Origin: an uncultured Bacillales bacterium | Lineage (GTDB): Bacteria; Bacillota_I; Bacilli_A; RF39; UBA660 | Reading direction: 5' to 3' | NCBI GenBank assembly: GCA_946623125.1 | Contig: CAMOQR010000003.1 | Location: 1 to 57,574, forward strand | DNA: 57,574 nucleotides | Part shown: in pieces, positions 55,701-57,574 of the stretch | Layout: every line of letters starts with the position of its first letter | How positions within the stretch are numbered: position 1 is the stretch's first letter | Notes under the pieces: generated by a model | What the model was told of the DNA's origin: nothing | Seen by the model: the letters and a program-made list of their open reading frames with translations, nothing else | Databases searched by the model: none | Translations under genes and position numbers: made by a program

Positions 55701-57406
55701 TCAATGTCAACATCTACTCTTGGCTGCATTAGACCATAACCTTGAATCACTTTTGTACCCTTATTGTTTATAACAGGTCTGTTCATTGGATGAGCCATTG
55801 CTCCAACTAAGTTTAGAGCAGAATTAAGCACTAGCTTTGTATCTGCGTCTAATGTTATAACATATTTGATATTTAAATTTGTTCCATGTAGTGTATTTAC
55901 ATTAAAATACTTTGGTTCATCAATGTATTCTCCGAGTAGCAATTTATTAAATTGAATTAACGCTCCTCTTTTTCTTTCATATCCTAAATAGCAATTTTCT
56001 TTTTTGTTCCAAATTCTCTTTCGATATATGAAATAAAAAATATCTTTTTTATACTTTTTATTTAATTCTTCTGCATATTGTTTTCCGTATTCAGATATTC
56101 TTGCATCATAATCTGTTTCTTTTTCATCTCCTGCTTTTACGTCACCTAATAATGTGAAATATAAGTTATCCGTTTTATTTACTAGGTAAAATGATTCTAA
56201 TGTTTCAAACATCTGCTTGATTTTTTCTGTATTTGATATGATTGTCGGTATTACAACCATTGTCCTTGATTCTTCTGGAATTCCTTTTGAATAATCAAGC
56301 TTTGGGATAATTTTTGGAGGTATAATGCTTGTTAATATTTGATTTGTAATCTGTACAATTAATTGGCTCACTGGAATCCATAAAATTAAAAATCCGATTA
56401 TTCTATTTGGTATAAAAATAGTTGATAATCCTATACATATAATGGATGTAAAAAACACAATACTCATTATATATATTACTGTTCTTAATGTGTTATCTTT
56501 TGTTTTAAATAATGTAAAGCCGATATGTTCTTCAGGATTATGAATTTTTGACAAGTAATCATATTCATTTAGATGGGCTTTCTTTGAAAGTTTCAATAGT
56601 TGCTTTCGATAAGAAATTTTAGATTCGATTGTCATGTTTTTATACATTTCATCTGTCATCAATAATCTTTCAGTCTTGGATACTTTTTCATATAATTCTT
56701 CAACAGAAAATTCTAAAAATTCACTTAAGTCATTGAAAATATTAGAAATCAATACATTACTATCAATTTTCTTTTGAAATTCTTCATTAATCACTTCTTT
56801 TAGGCTTATTTGCTTATTCTTTAAAAATTCATTTAAATTTTTAAAAACTTCAGTACTATTTTTTATTCTATATAACTGATTATTTATTTCAAAAATATAA
56901 TGACCGTTCTTTTTTAAATCAAAGTTGTCTTGAATAAATGATTCTAATGTAATATTATTTTTGTTTTTTATAATGTTATCAACATCTTCTTTATCTACCA
57001 GTTTTGCATATTCTTCTCTGCATAGATTATTTAATCTGTCTGTATAAATAAAGATCAGTGTTGGAAGAACGTTTTCCAATTCTCTGTAAGTAAATGCTTC
57101 CTTTGTTTCTTTTTGGTATTTTTTTAGCTCTTCAATTAAATATTTAAAACTTATATTATAATTTTTCTTTGACACAATATTTTTAATAATTTGATAATTT
57201 TTGATGATAATCTTTGCATCTTTTTTTATTTTTTTCTTTGAATTCATTATATTATTTTTGTGTTCAGCTAAAATATAGTAGTTATCAATTAACCACTCAT
57301 TTGTTATATCTACATATTCATGTTCCTTGGTTTTTTTTACTAGGAAATTGTAATATTCTGTTATATCTCCGAAATTATTTAAAAATTTTTTTATCACTTT
57401 CGCCAT
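49778..57406 (-). CDS. cyclic beta-1,2-glucan synthase-like giant (membrane GT84-type glycosyltransferase + (alpha/alpha)6 middle region + C-terminal GH94 phosphorylase-like domain)
   Basis: 2542 aa. TM segments flank a GT domain with VITLDADTKL (DxD) and TRHHRWARGDTQI. The C-terminal region has IGGGDWNDGMN and GGWTWYTGSAGW, typical of GH94 cellobiose/chitobiose-phosphorylase-like domains. Confidence 0.75.
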   Translation of the reverse strand: MAKVIKKFLNNFGDITEYYNFLVKKTKEHEYVDITNEWLIDNYYILAEHKNNIMNSKKKIKKDAKIIIKNYQIIKNIVSKKNYNISFKYLIEELKKYQKETKEAFTYRELENVLPTLIFIYTDRLNNLCREEYAKLVDKEDVDNIIKNKNNITLESFIQDNFDLKKNGHYIFEINNQLYRIKNSTEVFKNLNEFLKNKQISLKEVINEEFQKKIDSNVLISNIFNDLSEFLEFSVEELYEKVSKTERLLMTDEMYKNMTIESKISYRKQLLKLSKKAHLNEYDYLSKIHNPEEHIGFTLFKTKDNTLRTVIYIMSIVFFTSIICIGLSTIFIPNRIIGFLILWIPVSQLIVQITNQILTSIIPPKIIPKLDYSKGIPEESRTMVVIPTIISNTEKIKQMFETLESFYLVNKTDNLYFTLLGDVKAGDEKETDYDARISEYGKQYAEELNKKYKKDIFYFIYRKRIWNKKENCYLGYERKRGALIQFNKLLLGEYIDEPKYFNVNTLHGTNLNIKYVITLDADTKLVLNSALNLVGAMAHPMNRPVINNKGTKVIQGYGLMQPRVDVDIEATNKSLYSQIFAGIGGFDTYTAVVPNVYQDTFGEGSFVGKGIYDVEVFNKLLGDTFPDNLILSHDLLEGNYLRCGYVSDIELIDDFPSKFLTDITRHHRWARGDTQIIGWLGKKVPNKNKGKVKNPINLLGKYKILDNIIRMFLNPCLLLILLLAFTFKGYKSYVWISLVILELAISIFFFLKSKMTIKERHKKSIYYKNLYYGGKSLLLRAYIGFATIPFYSKLYMDAFFRTLYRLFYSHKNLLNWITAEEVEKTIDGSLKNYIRNFLFNIFTAIIFIGIGFITKNVAAYIIAIIFISGPFVLYYVSKDISHNRIQLKDKQINELKEIALKTWKYFEDNLTEENNYLIPDNYQENREPKLDHRTSPTALGFSLTSVISAYELEFIDKETTIEYLDKILKSIDSLDKWHGHLYNWYDVKTRKVLNPNFVSTVDSGNLVASYIVAREFLKRIEEEDLVRLCDKLIKNTNFKKLYTKRNVFSIGYDEDEGRLSGYNYNKFASESRLTSYIAICLGDAPSKHWFSLDKSLTTYKGRKGLISWSGTAFEYYMPLLFMKNYPNTLLDESYNFVHFCQKDYIKSISKKLPWGISESAYNELDNSLNYKYKAFATPYLKAKEEKENRIVLSPYSSLMAVDLFPEDVYENMKKFKDLNMFSDYGFYESYDYDNKGIVKSYFAHHQGMSLLGLTNYLKKDIIKELFHSNINIRTFELLLKEKVQVKTSIDLKMAGYKKYDYNKETIENDIRYFNYISYMPEMSVLSNKKYSLIMNDRGDSFSRYRTLQLNRYRKVTEQDYGVFLFAKDMSNNYIWSNTYAPMNKKPEKYEVIFAADKIKFLRRDNEISTKTEIVVCKSHHAEIRKISFKNESNEDKTIELTSYTEPILSENMDDVSHKVFNNMFISTEYDKKTNSLIAKRRNRGDTNINSYMFMRLIVPNTVEEYTYETERSNFIGRNNNLNNANALSNKLTNYAGDNLDPILSMRNKVLIPANESVSVYIVVGFGRSQEQIKDIIKYYDTKSVLDKEFKISTLMNIIDTKNLNITGENMRTYNIMLNFLYQTTKLSVNEKRMNLLRNNALGQNGLWKFGVSGDRPIITLEIKDISQMSFIMEILKAFEYYKNKSIFVDIIIINSETGQSQKMIKKQIEDELYRIYTLNSFYHTPGSVTVINAENITAEDRSLLDMVPRIKLEIDNFRSLKEVVANLEKENTISDYPTYPLEENIEIPQTEKLTFDNGYGGFKNNGKEYVIYNRNTPTPWSNVISNKTFGTIVTNNGCGYTYAYNSGEYKITSWTNEMVLNDKSEGFRFDGKTFDPTKCTHGFGYSILESETKDLRHEITEFVAEEDNVKIYLMKLKNKKNTSLKTNVEFWINPTFGNFEEKTTRHILTEFMGDDNYVKMRNVYSINYGDINVFMSSSEKIEQAICEKMLTKSISFNITLEKEEEKTIVFVLGCSLSDSQNKSLINKFTNVQNAKKELKQIKDRWNRVLGVVQVTSPDKGFDYMMNGWYLYQTISSRIMAKAGFYQVSGAFGYRDQLQDSMNIATVNPKYTKEQILINAAHQFEEGDVLHWWHEKNHFGLRSRYKDDYLWLVYATNYYIEVTKDYSILEEQVPYIAGEELSEYENEKGIVFNYTEKTESLLEHCLKSIELSMNSLGPHKIPLIGGGDWNDGMNRVGIKGKGESVWLGFFLYTIINDFTKIIKKSKNKIDTTKYNDFNIKLKENLNKKTWDGEYYLRAFFDNGDKLGSHENNECKIDLISQSFSILSEVAPKDRAEKAITSVEEKLVDDENKIIKLLTPAFEKTLNNPGYIMNYAKGIRENGGQYTHAVSWYLMALIKMGYYDRAYRYFQMINPINRTANESSVKKYKVEPYVIAADIYSSEAFPGRGGWTWYTGSAGWFYRVGIQELLGIHKQGDKLKLEPKIPIAWNGFKLTYKYMDTTYDITVDKSSKESLKLDGKSHISNTINLTNDGKKHTIELKIKL

Positions 57407-57480
57407 AAATCTAACACTCCTGACATGATTATACCATATTTTTTTTTCTTATACTATTAAAATCCATTTATCAAATGCAA

Positions 57481-57508
57481 ATAAAAACTCAGGTTTTAAA
57501 ACCCGAGT
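57481..57508 (-). terminator. terminator downstream of tRNA-Ser
   Basis: Minus strand ACTCGGGTTTT/AAAACCTGAGT (one G-U pair) followed by TTTTTAT. Confidence 0.6.
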
Positions 57509-57521
57509 TTATCTTTTTATA

Positions 57522-57574
57522 TGGCGGAGTAGGAGAGATTTGAACTCTCGCGCCAGTTGCCCGACCTACACCCT
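57522..57574 (-). tRNA. tRNA-Ser, 3' portion only (5' part beyond the window end), CCA encoded
   Basis: The reverse complement reads AGGGTGTAGGTCGGGCAACTGGCGC (long variable arm), then GAGAG-TTCAAAT-CTCTC (T arm), then CTACTCC-G-CCA. The long variable arm plus G73 discriminator fit tRNA-Ser. The anticodon lies outside the window. Confidence 0.7.

Noticed and set aside
15177-57574. tRNA genes as integration sites / genomic island boundaries
   Set aside because: There is no integrase, recombinase, direct repeat of a tRNA 3' end or phage/ICE gene near either tRNA. The flanking genes are ordinary chromosomal functions.

Overview
Very AT-rich chromosomal segment of a low-GC Firmicute, probably a spore-former. 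It carries CotY/CotZ-like, GerM, GerE-like and SpoIIIAH-like genes, and the sepF-divIVA-[T-box]-ileS order resembles that of Bacilli and Clostridia. About 50 genes are tightly packed, and all but two (a CotZ-like gene and a SEDS gene) lie on the minus strand. I saw no transposase, integrase, phage gene or CRISPR array.

Housekeeping content: valS (partial; missing from the ORF track, found by hand translation), ileS, asnS, pgi, sepF, divIVA, tRNA-Arg(UCU), a partial tRNA-Ser, and two clear T-box leaders (Val specifier GUA, Ile specifier AUC).

Five regions deserve a second look:
- 3.3-11.2 kb: a type VII secretion (T7SSb)-style substrate module. It has two ~96-aa helical-hairpin proteins, a DUF4176 protein and two giant paralogous proteins without signal peptides, each with Gly/Ala-zipper, Pro/Thr/Tyr low-complexity, C-terminal TM and acidic-tail segments. 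No T7SS core machinery is in the window.
- 19.5-22.0 kb: a 756-aa protein made of about 19-20 near-perfectly spaced 26-residue Cys-containing repeats behind an mTERF-like N-terminus, plus a small overlapping companion ORF.
- 27.6-29.7 kb: an orphan HerA/FtsK-superfamily ATPase with a Gln/Pro/Met-rich tail, directly upstream of sepF-divIVA with its own consensus promoter.
- 34.6-46.6 kb: a cell-envelope island with three paralogous Cys-rich surface proteins of unknown family and a 1520-aa adhesin. All four end in NPKT-x sorting-like signals, no sortase is present, and there is a recent segmental duplication with a pseudogene scar.
- 49.8-57.4 kb: a 2542-aa cyclic beta-1,2-glucan synthase-like giant.

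All family assignments rest on motifs I read in the translations. No database search was possible.
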